Shown here in pieces: positions 1 through 9,981 of a stretch of 55,419 nt of DNA. The translations under genes and the position numbers were made by a program. Source of the stretch: Nitrosarchaeum sp. (GTDB taxonomy: Archaea > Thermoproteota > Nitrososphaeria > Nitrososphaerales > Nitrosopumilaceae). The DNA lies in the NCBI GenBank assembly GCA_009697485.1, contig SICY01000001.1:1-55419 (forward strand), given 5' to 3'. Numbering within the stretch: position 1 is the first letter of the stretch; each line of letters opens with the position of its first letter. A model generated the notes under the pieces. The model had not been told where the DNA came from. It saw only the letters and a list, made by a program, of their open reading frames with translations, and did not search any database.

Positions 1-103
1 CCTTTTCTGTATGTTTTCCAAATTCTTCGATTACCTGCTCTATTTGACCCTCGACTACAAAATCACACTCAAAACCATAATCAGCACATTTTAGTTTAGA
101 CAT
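1..103 (-). CDS. DUF1059-like small metal-binding protein (5' part; runs off left edge)
   Basis: Manual translation from ATG at 103: MSKLKCADYGFECDFVVEGQIEQVIEEFGKHTEK...; C-x2-[YV]G-x2-C...H pattern typical of DUF1059. Not in the ORF track. Confidence 0.7.
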   Translation of the reverse strand, partial: MSKLKCADYGFECDFVVEGQIEQVIEEFGKHTEK

Positions 104-348
104 GTCTACTCTCCGAATCTCTGGATATAAATATTAAAAGATAATATTCCTGCGTAAAAATAGAATAATTCGTTAATAGTTCAAAAAAGGAGTTTCTGTC
201 ACGTTCATTGTTATAATACACTATTTTCCAAATTGTTTAATTGAATTTTTTATTTTTATATATGAATTTGATCCAAGTCTATCTGAGGATATCTACAATC
301 AAAATTTAACAGAAATACATTTATCCAAAGTAGCGAAAATTACTTTGT

Positions 349-1188
349 ATGGTCGTAGAACATAAGGCAAAAATTACTTACATGCAATTGCTCAAAGAAG
401 ATCTGGTTGTTATTCGTTTAATCCCAAATGATGGTATGCCAAAATATACGACAGGTCAATTTCTTACCATAGGATTGCCAATACCATCTGAACAAAAGAT
501 TGTCAGAAGAGCATATTCAATTGCATCACATCCTGAAAACCAAGATTATTTTGAATTTGTAATTAGATGGGTTAGAAAGCCTTTGCCCGGTCGTGTTACA
601 ACTGAATTATTTTATGCAAATGTTGGTGATGAAGTATACTTGGGAGATCCTACAGGTAACGCTTTATTAATTGACGATAAATTGCCAAACGGTCAACCTG
701 ATAATAGAAGAATTGTTTGTGTTGGTGGTGGAACTGGTCTTGCACCATTTATCGCTTTTGCTAAACATCTACATGATACTGGAGATAAACGAGAGATCAT
801 TGTTTTACATGGTGCAAGTTATGTTGATGAGCTAAGTTACAAAGAATTACTGACAGAATTAGAAAATGAAAGTATAGCAAAAGGAAAAGATCAATGGAAT
901 TTCAAATACAGGGCAGCCATTAGTAGACCAAAAGAATTCTTTAACAGATCTTGGGCAGGTCATATTGGAAGAGTTGAATCATTCTTCAAACCAAACAAAA
1001 ATGGTGTTTCACCCTTAGAAGAAATGGTTGGAGAAGTAATCACAACTGCAAATACCAAAGTCTACATTTGTGGATATCAGGGTACAATTGATGGAGTTAT
1101 TGAATACTTGGGACCAAAAGAATTTGTCACAAAAGAAGAAAAACGTAAAGATGGAAGTTACGAAATTAAGTATGAATCATACGGATAG
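349..1188 (+). CDS. fpr: Ferredoxin/flavodoxin-NADP+ reductase (bacterial-type FNR)
   Basis: RRAYSIAS (FAD), GGGTGLAPF, YICG and C-terminal YESYG motifs. Confidence 0.85.
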   Translation: MVVEHKAKITYMQLLKEDLVVIRLIPNDGMPKYTTGQFLTIGLPIPSEQKIVRRAYSIASHPENQDYFEFVIRWVRKPLPGRVTTELFYANVGDEVYLGDPTGNALLIDDKLPNGQPDNRRIVCVGGGTGLAPFIAFAKHLHDTGDKREIIVLHGASYVDELSYKELLTELENESIAKGKDQWNFKYRAAISRPKEFFNRSWAGHIGRVESFFKPNKNGVSPLEEMVGEVITTANTKVYICGYQGTIDGVIEYLGPKEFVTKEEKRKDGSYEIKYESYG

Positions 1189-1286
1189 CCAAAATTAGAA
1201 CCATTTGTATTTGTTTTATTTAGAATTTAATTTTTTAATAATATCTTTTGGTATATGTTAATTCATAATTATCTTATAAATAATTT

Positions 1287-2090
1287 TTATTTTTTTATTT
1301 GTGAAATAACATCATCTAAAATTTTCTGATTTGCTGCTGCAATGAACGAAATTCTTGTTTTGTAACTAAGATCTGCATCAAGTGGATTCAAATCTACATC
1401 TAAAAGTAATCCTCCCGCTTCCTTTACTATTATGTATCCTGCGGCAATATCTTGAATTCTAATTTTATCTCTTAGATCTATAAAAATATCCATTAATCCT
1501 CTTGCAAACAAGGCCATTTCTAGTGCATTTGCACCAAAATGTCTTATGTGATTCTGCTGCTCAAATATCGGTTGTAATCTCTTCATCAATTCAGCTGTGG
1601 CACCTGAAGTGTTTATTCCAATAATTTTGTAAATTGGTTCTTTATCATGAACTTTAATTTTTAACTCATTCAAAAATGCTCCCTTGCCTTTTGATGCCCA
1701 ATACATATCTCCATTTGATAGATTTGTTATTACTCCGTCTGTAATGGAACTCAATTTATCTTCAGTTGCAAATGCTAATGAACTACAGAAAAATGGAACC
1801 CCTCTTACAGCATTTGCAGAACCATCAATTGCATCCATAATGACAAATCCTTTAGGATTTTTAGACAATTCTACTCTGCCACATTCTTCTCCTAAAACAA
1901 CACAATCAAAATTAATTTCTTTAAGATAATCTAGTACTGTTTTTTCAGCAATAATGTCTATATTGCGTGAAATATCTCCACCTGCACCTCTTCCAAAATC
2001 TCCTGCAGCATCATCCGTCCCTGCCAAATCTTTTACATTTTCATAAATCTGTTTTGAAACCTCGCGAAGAATTTCAATAACTTCCATCAT
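1287..2090 (-). CDS. Inositol monophosphatase / FBPase family protein
   Basis: LGEE, DAIDGSAN, FGANALE, IQDIAAG motifs. Start shortened from the 2225 call, which overlaps the divergent gene; 2087, 2090 and 2102 are all possible. Confidence 0.85.
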   Translation of the reverse strand: MMEVIEILREVSKQIYENVKDLAGTDDAAGDFGRGAGGDISRNIDIIAEKTVLDYLKEINFDCVVLGEECGRVELSKNPKGFVIMDAIDGSANAVRGVPFFCSSLAFATEDKLSSITDGVITNLSNGDMYWASKGKGAFLNELKIKVHDKEPIYKIIGINTSGATAELMKRLQPIFEQQNHIRHFGANALEMALFARGLMDIFIDLRDKIRIQDIAAGYIIVKEAGGLLLDVDLNPLDADLSYKTRISFIAAANQKILDDVISQIKK

Positions 2091-2173
2091 TTTCTTTTTC
2101 ATTCTTCGTAATTTAAGTGAAAGAAATTTTCTAGTTTTGAAAGCATAAATAACAATAAAGCAGCTCTTCGTAT

Positions 2174-3289
2174 GTGAGTGGAAAAGATCAGTCTGTTGTA
2201 AGTAAAGAATCTTTGATGAGTACAAAACCTGGAAAACAAATTATGAAACAAGGATTATTCAAATCAAAAGGTTACAAATTATTTTCTCAATACAAAGAAG
2301 AAACAGAAAATGAATTTCCAAATTTTGTAGATAGATTTGCTAGAGATCTCTTGCATGAAATCAAATCTGATCTTTCTCCAAATTCAACACAACAAGCATT
2401 TGGCAATGAAGTAGGCTCTACTGAAATCATTCTTCAGGCCTCTGAAATCAACAGTATAAAATCAAAATTAGAAAGTCCAGACGTAATTAAAGATAGAGTA
2501 CTTCGTATTCTAAATTCAAATTTTGTAAAAATGACTTTTCCTGTATTTAATGCATTATTTGACGGAGCTTCTAATTATACTGAAAAAAAAGATCCTCAGT
2601 TAAGACAAGATATTGTGGAAGGTCATATTTTAGCAATTGATCTTAGTGAACCAATGGATAGAATTGTAGACAAAGATGAAGATTTGGAATATCTTGATGA
2701 TTACAAACTAATGAATCCATATATTTTGAAATTAGCTCGAGATAAAATTTCTAAAGGCGGCGATGAAGTTTTAAAAGAATTTGAAGAAGGATTCAAAGAT
2801 GCACGAATAGGTCAATATCTTGATGAGAAATTAAAATCAAAACCAACTAAAATTACAGAAGAAGAAATGAACCTATCTTACAAAAAATATCGATCTGTAA
2901 TGGGGACAGCCGGAAGAAATATGGCTTTAGCAGAAAGACCTCTTGGAGAAATTTTCTATCTGGGAATGGCAAGAGCTGCTGAAGGTGTTGGATGTGGAAA
3001 TGAAATTGAAGACTCTATTAAAAATGGATTTGTGAAAATCCCTTCTTGGCCATTGTATTACACTTTATTATCCAATGATGTCAAAAAAGGATTTGAAATA
3101 ACATTAGAAAAAAGTAATTTGTATCTTCAAGACGCTCGTTTAGCACTTAAATTACTGCCTGAAGAATTTTCACATACAGAATTTTTAGAATTTTTATTTT
3201 TGACTGTTGAACACTATAATCAATATTGGTATAATCAATTACAAAAAGCAAACAAATGGTCAGAGTTTGAATCTAAACTCCCAAAGTGA
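2174..3289 (+). CDS. Hypothetical protein, possible divergent isoprenoid-synthase (trans-prenyltransferase) fold
   Basis: 371 aa helical ORF, GTG start, overlaps the RFC gene; contains DRIVDKDE, GQYLD and GNEIEDS motifs (see findings). The ORF is secure; the function is speculative. Confidence 0.6.
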   Translation: MSGKDQSVVSKESLMSTKPGKQIMKQGLFKSKGYKLFSQYKEETENEFPNFVDRFARDLLHEIKSDLSPNSTQQAFGNEVGSTEIILQASEINSIKSKLESPDVIKDRVLRILNSNFVKMTFPVFNALFDGASNYTEKKDPQLRQDIVEGHILAIDLSEPMDRIVDKDEDLEYLDDYKLMNPYILKLARDKISKGGDEVLKEFEEGFKDARIGQYLDEKLKSKPTKITEEEMNLSYKKYRSVMGTAGRNMALAERPLGEIFYLGMARAAEGVGCGNEIEDSIKNGFVKIPSWPLYYTLLSNDVKKGFEITLEKSNLYLQDARLALKLLPEEFSHTEFLEFLFLTVEHYNQYWYNQLQKANKWSEFESKLPK

Positions 3290-4455
3290 TTGAATTGATG
3301 TGGTCTGAAAAATATAGGCCTCAGAATATTTCTGACATGCTTGGTAATGAAGAATCCAGATCTTTGATAATTGAATGGTTCACAAAATGGAAAAAAGGTA
3401 CAAAGCCACTTCTGCTAGTTGGTCCACCTGGAATTGGAAAGACAACAATTGCATTTCTTACTGCAAAACAATTTGGATATGATATGATTGGTCTGAATGC
3501 AAGTGATGTGAGAAGTAAATCTCGACTAAATGAAATTCTTTCGCCTGTATTAGGTAATGTTAGCATTTTAGGGGTTCCTATGATTTTCATTGACGAAGTT
3601 GATGGAATTCATGGCAGGGGGGATTATGGCGGTGCAGAAGCACTCATTGAAATTTTAAAGGAACCTACTGTACCAATCCTACTAGCTGCAAATTCTGATA
3701 TCTCCGATAAAATGAAAAGTATAAAAAAAGTTGTTAAAACTATCTCTTTCAAGCCAATTCCTCCACGCCTTTTGAAAATATATCTTGAAAATATTTTGAA
3801 AAAAGAAAATGTAAAACTCAGTTCTGGTTCTATGATAAAAGTAATTGATAGATCACATGGCGATATTCGTTCTATGATTAATTTAACACAATCCCTTGTT
3901 ACTGGATTTAATCCTCAAACCGAAATGTCATTTGAAATCATAAATGTAGAAGATGGTGTTAATGCATTTTTTAAAGCAAATTCACTTGATGAAGCTAGAA
4001 GCGTTTTGTATTCTATACAAATTGATCCAAAATTAAAAATCGATGCTTTTTACTCTAGTATTATTACCAGCAATTTAGATAATAATACACTCGCAAAACT
4101 CTTGGGAATTATTTCTGAAGCTGATATGCTTTATGGAAAAATTATGAAAACTCAAAATTGGCGATTACTACGTTATCTCAATGAAATTCTGATTGGATTA
4201 TATCAAAACGATGAGCGAATAAGATACGCACAATACAACCTTTCATGGCCACTTTTAAATCGTATTAGATGGGATGGGAAAAAAATCAAAGCACTATCTT
4301 CTATTATGGCAAAAAATTTACATCTATCATCAAGTACATTTGTTACAATATGTTTTCCATATGTATTATTTTGTATGAAAAATAAAAAATTAAAATTAGA
4401 ATTCGAAGATACTTTCGATGATATTCTTGAAAAGGAGATTGAATCAATTCGATGA
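3286..4455 (+). CDS. rfcL: Replication factor C large subunit
   Basis: WSEKYRP, Walker A GPPGIGKT, LNASD, Walker B IDEVD, GDIR. Confidence 0.9.
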   Translation: MIELMWSEKYRPQNISDMLGNEESRSLIIEWFTKWKKGTKPLLLVGPPGIGKTTIAFLTAKQFGYDMIGLNASDVRSKSRLNEILSPVLGNVSILGVPMIFIDEVDGIHGRGDYGGAEALIEILKEPTVPILLAANSDISDKMKSIKKVVKTISFKPIPPRLLKIYLENILKKENVKLSSGSMIKVIDRSHGDIRSMINLTQSLVTGFNPQTEMSFEIINVEDGVNAFFKANSLDEARSVLYSIQIDPKLKIDAFYSSIITSNLDNNTLAKLLGIISEADMLYGKIMKTQNWRLLRYLNEILIGLYQNDERIRYAQYNLSWPLLNRIRWDGKKIKALSSIMAKNLHLSSSTFVTICFPYVLFCMKNKKLKLEFEDTFDDILEKEIESIR

Positions 4456-4769
4456 GCTGGAGAAAAATTCCAATGAAGTTTCCAGGTACTTGTATTGTCT
4501 GTAATGAAAAAATCGAAGTAAATGAAATTGGATTGTGGGCAAAAGGATTAGGGGTGAAACATGAAAAATGTGCCCAAATAAATGAACTTCAGTGTATCGT
4601 TTGTAGAGGTTCAGCTGGATGCTTACAGTGTGAATTTCAAGATACTTGTGATATTCAGAAGGTTTCTCAGTTATGTATATGCAAAAAATGCAGCGAAGAG
4701 AAAAATTCTTTTGATTCTTATCAAAAATCTGTAAAAAAGAATTTTCTGCTCTTGAATCTTAATTCATAA
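4452..4769 (+). CDS. Cys-rich Zn-binding hypothetical protein
   Basis: CxxC...HxxC, CxxC, CxxC, CxCxxC; ATGA overlap with rfcL. Confidence 0.7.
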   Translation: MSWRKIPMKFPGTCIVCNEKIEVNEIGLWAKGLGVKHEKCAQINELQCIVCRGSAGCLQCEFQDTCDIQKVSQLCICKKCSEEKNSFDSYQKSVKKNFLLLNLNS

Positions 4770-4893
4770 ATTAACGGTTATTCAAAACCATCAGATTTGA
4801 ATGAATGTCTTTAAAATAATATATCATGTTCTAATGAATTCCAAAAAACCCAAACTAAATTAATATAGGAAGATTTCTTTTCTACAATATCAG

Positions 4894-6441
4894 ATGCATT
4901 TCGATAAAATTGAGGAATATTCTAAGAGAAATAAAATATCATTACAAGGTGGAGGACAAGATAAAATCAAAGATCAGCACGACAAAGGTAAATTAACAGC
5001 TCGTGAAAGAATTGATCTTTTATTGGATGCTGGTACTTTTACTGAAATTGATCCACTTACAACTCATCATTATCATGAATATGATATGCAGAAAAAGAAA
5101 TTCTACACCGATGGTGTTGTTGGCGGTTATGGAATAATAAATGGTAGACAAATCTTTGTCTTTGCTTATGATTTTACTGTACTTGGTGGTACACTAAGTC
5201 AGATGGGGGCTAAAAAAATTACAAAACTAATGGATCATGCAGTTAAGACAGGTTGTCCTATAATCGGAATAATGGATTCAGGGGGGGCAAGAATTCAAGA
5301 AGGAATTATGAGTCTTGATGGATTTGCTGATATTTTTTATCATAATCAATTAGCTTCTGGTGTTATTCCACAAATCACTGCAAGTATTGGTCCATCAGCT
5401 GGAGGTTCTGTATATTCACCTGCAATGACTGATTTTGTTATTATGGTTGACAAAGTAGGAACTATGTTTGTCACTGGACCTGATGTAGTAAAGACTGTTG
5501 TAGGAGAAGAAATTTCATTTGATGACTTAGGTGGTGCAATGACACATGGAATAAAAAGTGGTGTTGCACATTTTGTTGTAAAGAACGAATACGAATGTAT
5601 GGATTGTATAAAAAAATTAATCTCTTTTCTTCCACAAAATAATACAGAAGAACCACCAAAAATAAAAACTGATGACGATCCAAACAGACTTGATCATAAT
5701 ATAATCAATATTATCCCTGATAATCCTTTACAACCATATGACATGAAGGAAATCATTAACTCTGTTGTTGATAATCATGAATTCTTTGAGATTCATGAAT
5801 TGTTTGCACCAAATATTGTTGTTGGCTATGGTAGATTAAATGGTAAAGTCATTGGTATTGTTGCTAATCAACCATTGCATCTTGCTGGCGCACTTGATAT
5901 TGACTCATCAAACAAAGCAGCTAGATTCATTAGATTTTGTGATGCATTCAATATTCCAATTATTACATTTGTAGATACTCCTGGTTACATGCCAGGTTCT
6001 AATCAAGAGCATAATGGTATCATTAGACATGGTAGCAAACTTCTCTATGCTTATTGTGAGGCTACTGTTCCTAGAATTACACTTGTAATAGGAAAAGCAT
6101 ATGGTGGAGCATACATAGCTATGGGAAGTAAAAATCTAAGAACAGATGTGAATTATGCATGGCCAACTGCACGATGTGCCGTATTAGGTGCTGAAGCAGC
6201 TGTAAAAATTATGTATAGAAAGGAACTATCTAGTGCAGATGATCCTGAAGCCCTTAAAAAACAACTAATCAGTGAATTCTCAGAAAAATTTGAAAATCCT
6301 TACGTTGCAGCATCTCATGGTACTATCGATAATGTAATTGATCCAGCTGAAACAAGGCCTATGTTAATCAAAGCATTAGAGATGCTTGCAAACAAAAGAG
6401 AAAAGCAACTTCCAAGAAAACATGGAAATATCAATCTGTGA
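4894..6441 (+). CDS. pccB: Acetyl-/propionyl-CoA carboxylase, carboxyltransferase subunit
   Basis: DSGGARIQEG, KAYGGA, KHGNINL. Confidence 0.95.
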   Translation: MHFDKIEEYSKRNKISLQGGGQDKIKDQHDKGKLTARERIDLLLDAGTFTEIDPLTTHHYHEYDMQKKKFYTDGVVGGYGIINGRQIFVFAYDFTVLGGTLSQMGAKKITKLMDHAVKTGCPIIGIMDSGGARIQEGIMSLDGFADIFYHNQLASGVIPQITASIGPSAGGSVYSPAMTDFVIMVDKVGTMFVTGPDVVKTVVGEEISFDDLGGAMTHGIKSGVAHFVVKNEYECMDCIKKLISFLPQNNTEEPPKIKTDDDPNRLDHNIINIIPDNPLQPYDMKEIINSVVDNHEFFEIHELFAPNIVVGYGRLNGKVIGIVANQPLHLAGALDIDSSNKAARFIRFCDAFNIPIITFVDTPGYMPGSNQEHNGIIRHGSKLLYAYCEATVPRITLVIGKAYGGAYIAMGSKNLRTDVNYAWPTARCAVLGAEAAVKIMYRKELSSADDPEALKKQLISEFSEKFENPYVAASHGTIDNVIDPAETRPMLIKALEMLANKREKQLPRKHGNINL

Positions 6442-6447
6442 TTAAAC

Positions 6448-7935
6448 ATGATTGAGAAAGTTCTTATCGCAAATAGAGGAGAAATTGCTTTACGTGTAAT
6501 TAAAACATGCAAAGCACTTGGAATCAAAACTGTAGCTGTGTACTCCGATGAAGATTACAATTCTTTACATGTCAAACAAGCTACAGAAGCATATCATATT
6601 GGCGAAGCTGCTCCTGCAAAATCTTATCTGAATCAAGAAAAAATTATTGAGACTATATTATCTTCCGGTGCAGATGCCATACATCCCGGTTATGGTTTTC
6701 TTTCAGAAAATTCTGACTTTGCAAGTAAATGTGAAAAAAATAAAATAAACTTTATTGGTCCATCTGCCGCATCTATGGATCTTTGTGGTGATAAGATGCA
6801 ATGTAAATCTGCTATGTTAAAAGCAAAAGTCCCAACTGTGCCAGGAAGCCCCGGTCTTGTAAAAGATGTTGAAGAGGCATTAAAAATTGCAAATGACATT
6901 TCATACCCCGTACTGTTAAAATCCGTTTTCGGTGGTGGTGGTCGTGGAATTAGATTAGTAAATAATGATAAAGAACTACGAGAAGGTTTTGAAACAGTTA
7001 CAAGTGAATCAATTTCGGCAGTTGGGAAATCTGCAATAATAGTTGAAAAATTTCTTCAAAAAACCAGACATATTGAATACCAAATGGCAAGAGACAAACA
7101 TGGTAACGCCGTTCATATATTTGAAAGAGAATGTTCAATTCAAAGACGTAATCAAAAACTTATTGAACAAACACCTTCGCCCATAGTTGATCAAGAAACA
7201 AGAGATAGAATTGGCGAATTGGTTGTTAAAGCATCTAAGGCAGTTGATTATACTAATCTTGGTACTGCAGAATTTCTTCGAGCAGATAATGGTGAATTCT
7301 ATTTCATAGAAATCAATGCTCGACTACAAGTAGAGCATCCAATTACTGAATTTGTATCTGGATTAGATCTTGTTAAACTACAAATAGATATTGCAAATGG
7401 AGAACCACTTCCATTCAAACAAAAAGATCTCAAAATGAATGGCTATGCAATTGAATGTAGAATAAATGCAGAAGACACATTCTTAGATTTTGCCCCTTCT
7501 ACTGGACCTGTACCTGATGTGACTATTCCATCAGGACCAAGCGTTAGATGTGATACATATCTTTATTCTGGCTGTACTGTGTCTCCATTTTATGATTCTT
7601 TGATGGCCAAACTTTGCACATGGGGTCAAACATTTGAAGAATCAAGAACCAGAATGCTAAATGCATTAAATGATTTTTACATTCAAGGTGTTGAGACATC
7701 AATACCACTTTATAAAACAATTCTGAATACTGATGAATACAAAAATGGAAATCTTACAACAGATTTTCTAAAGCGCTATAATATTATTGATAGATTAAAA
7801 GAAGATCTGAAAACAGAAAAAATTGAAAAAAGTGAGGCTGCTTTAGCAGCTGCCATTGTTTACTCTGAATATTTTAAGAGTAGAGTACAAAATTCCACTT
7901 CTAATAATTCTACTTGGAAAAATAAACTGGATTGA
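6448..7935 (+). CDS. accC: Biotin carboxylase subunit
   Basis: ANRGEIA, HPGYGFLSEN, GGGGRG, ERECSIQRRNQK, NARLQVEH. Confidence 0.95.
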   Translation: MIEKVLIANRGEIALRVIKTCKALGIKTVAVYSDEDYNSLHVKQATEAYHIGEAAPAKSYLNQEKIIETILSSGADAIHPGYGFLSENSDFASKCEKNKINFIGPSAASMDLCGDKMQCKSAMLKAKVPTVPGSPGLVKDVEEALKIANDISYPVLLKSVFGGGGRGIRLVNNDKELREGFETVTSESISAVGKSAIIVEKFLQKTRHIEYQMARDKHGNAVHIFERECSIQRRNQKLIEQTPSPIVDQETRDRIGELVVKASKAVDYTNLGTAEFLRADNGEFYFIEINARLQVEHPITEFVSGLDLVKLQIDIANGEPLPFKQKDLKMNGYAIECRINAEDTFLDFAPSTGPVPDVTIPSGPSVRCDTYLYSGCTVSPFYDSLMAKLCTWGQTFEESRTRMLNALNDFYIQGVETSIPLYKTILNTDEYKNGNLTTDFLKRYNIIDRLKEDLKTEKIEKSEAALAAAIVYSEYFKSRVQNSTSNNSTWKNKLD

Positions 7936-7941
7936 TGATAA

Positions 7942-8454
7942 ATGGATTATAAAATAAAAGATATTGAAAAAACATTTGATGGTGAAATCGCTGAAAATCT
8001 TGGTAACAACGAATATGTGATTCAAATCAACACCATTAAACATCAAATAAAAATTCTAAAAATGGATTCAAAAGGAATTGAATTTATACTAGACCAAAAA
8101 TATCATAGAGCAAAATATCTCGAAACTTCGACAAATGAAATGAATCTCATTATTGATAATGTGCCAATTACTCTTAACATGCATACTAATTTTGATAAAA
8201 TTGTTTTCAAAAATTCTGGCAGTAGTGGTTCTTTTGATACTCAACTAACATTAAAAAGTCAAATTCCTGGCAAAGTTGTTTCTATTGCTGTTCAAGAAGG
8301 TGACTCTGTAAAACAAGGAGATGTGATTTGTACTTTAGAGTCTATGAAAATGCAAGTTGCTGTTAAATCTCACAAAAATGGTTCCATCAAATCTATCAAA
8401 ATTAAAGTTGGTGGAACCGTAGCTAAAAACGATATTGTTGCAGAAATAGAATAA
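7942..8454 (+). CDS. accB: Biotin carboxyl carrier protein
   Basis: ESMKM biotinylation motif; third gene of the operon. Confidence 0.92.
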   Translation: MDYKIKDIEKTFDGEIAENLGNNEYVIQINTIKHQIKILKMDSKGIEFILDQKYHRAKYLETSTNEMNLIIDNVPITLNMHTNFDKIVFKNSGSSGSFDTQLTLKSQIPGKVVSIAVQEGDSVKQGDVICTLESMKMQVAVKSHKNGSIKSIKIKVGGTVAKNDIVAEIE

Positions 8455-8467
8455 ACAATTATTTTTC

Positions 8468-8932
8468 TTATTTTAGAAATTTTTTAATTTCTTCATAATC
8501 AGGTTCGTTCAATGGACTCTCAGATACCCACTTGTATCCAATTTTTCCATCTTCCATTATTATAAACACAGAACGTTTTGCTGCATTGTAATCTTTGATG
8601 TGTAGTAGATGTGGCATTAAAACATCGTAATCACGAATTGTTTTACTGTTATAATCTGCCAATATTGGAAAATTGAAGTTGTGTTTTTGTGCAAATGCTT
8701 TGTTAGCAAATGGCCCATCATTACTTATTGCAACTAATTTGGTACCAAGATTTGATATCTCACTCCAAGAATCTCTAAACTTACACAGCTCATTTTCACA
8801 AACTGGAGAGCTTGCAGCAACAAAGAATGACAGTATGATTTTCCCCCCCCTGAATTCATCCAAAGTCCTCATTTTGAGATCTATGTCTGGAAGTTCAAAG
8901 TTGGGAGCAATATCTCCAACATTCAATGACAT
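8468..8932 (-). CDS. Peroxiredoxin (BCP/AhpC-TSA family)
   Basis: VGDIAPNF, SPVCENELC, FPILAD, RSVFII. Confidence 0.88.
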   Translation of the reverse strand: MSLNVGDIAPNFELPDIDLKMRTLDEFRGGKIILSFFVAASSPVCENELCKFRDSWSEISNLGTKLVAISNDGPFANKAFAQKHNFNFPILADYNSKTIRDYDVLMPHLLHIKDYNAAKRSVFIIMEDGKIGYKWVSESPLNEPDYEEIKKFLK

Positions 8933-9041
8933 GATCGCGTTTGTGATTATCCTATTAAGTACTTTTCAAAAACTGCTTTTCTAAAATTTAAATTAAAAAA
9001 GTGCATACCTTTTTATACAAAAACTTGGGTTCAAAGCTAAA

Positions 9042-9416
9042 TTGGTCGGGGAATTAGCGGGCAATTATAGTACTGTAGTGTTAATGTTTGGATTTGCAGT
9101 AGTAGCAATGGCACCTGCACTTTTAATTTCTAGAATGATCTCTCCTCGAAAAAGAAGTAATCCAGTTAAATTTTTGCCAATGGAATGTGGGCAAGTCCCA
9201 TCAGGTGAAGGACGAACTCACTTTATGATGCAGTATTATGCTTACATTTTGATGTTCGTTGTTTTTGATGTTATGGCAATTTTCTTATATGCATGGGGAA
9301 GTGCACTTTTAGAACTTCCGAAATCTGCAACTTTGCCAATTATCGGTTTCTTGGCAATTATGTTTGCTGCAATGGCTTTTGCATTACATCAGTCAGGGAG
9401 ACGAAACATATGGTAG
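9042..9416 (+). CDS. nuoA: Complex I subunit A
   Basis: MECG, FVVFDV; three TM segments; TTG start. Confidence 0.92.
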   Translation: MVGELAGNYSTVVLMFGFAVVAMAPALLISRMISPRKRSNPVKFLPMECGQVPSGEGRTHFMMQYYAYILMFVVFDVMAIFLYAWGSALLELPKSATLPIIGFLAIMFAAMAFALHQSGRRNIW

Positions 9417-9456
9417 TTTTTTATATAAATCAAAATTATGAAAATGAGGGATTATA

Positions 9457-9981
9457 TTGCTAAAAGATCTGATAACACCACAAAATGCAAATGTGTTTGT
9501 TGGAAAGCTAGGTGATATTTTAGAACAAGCAATTGGTAAACCATTGGGATATGCAATCAATTGGGGTAGAATATGGTCGCTTTGGCCTGTACATATTGAA
9601 ACTGCATGTTGTAGTGTAGAATTTGGAGCAGCATCTAGTCCAAGATATGATGTTGAAAGATTTGGTATCATTGAGGCATTTGGTTCACTTAGACAATGTG
9701 ATCTAATTGTAGTTCAGGGAACTATCACAAGAAAAATGGCACCACGTCTACGTTTAGTTTATGATCAAATGCCAGAACCAAAATATGTAATTGCAATGGG
9801 TGCATGTGCAATTACTGGTGGGTTGTATTTTGATTCATACAATGTACTTCCAGGTATTGATGGAGTTCTACCAGTAGATGTCTATGTCCCAGGTTGTCCA
9901 CCTAGACCTGAAACTCTTATTCAAGGATGCATGTTACTACAAGAAAAAATCAAGAGAATGAAGGCTAGGAAGTTTGTATAA
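9457..9981 (+). CDS. nuoB: Complex I subunit B
   Basis: TACCSVE, MGACA, VPGCPPRPE. Confidence 0.95.
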   Translation: MLKDLITPQNANVFVGKLGDILEQAIGKPLGYAINWGRIWSLWPVHIETACCSVEFGAASSPRYDVERFGIIEAFGSLRQCDLIVVQGTITRKMAPRLRLVYDQMPEPKYVIAMGACAITGGLYFDSYNVLPGIDGVLPVDVYVPGCPPRPETLIQGCMLLQEKIKRMKARKFV

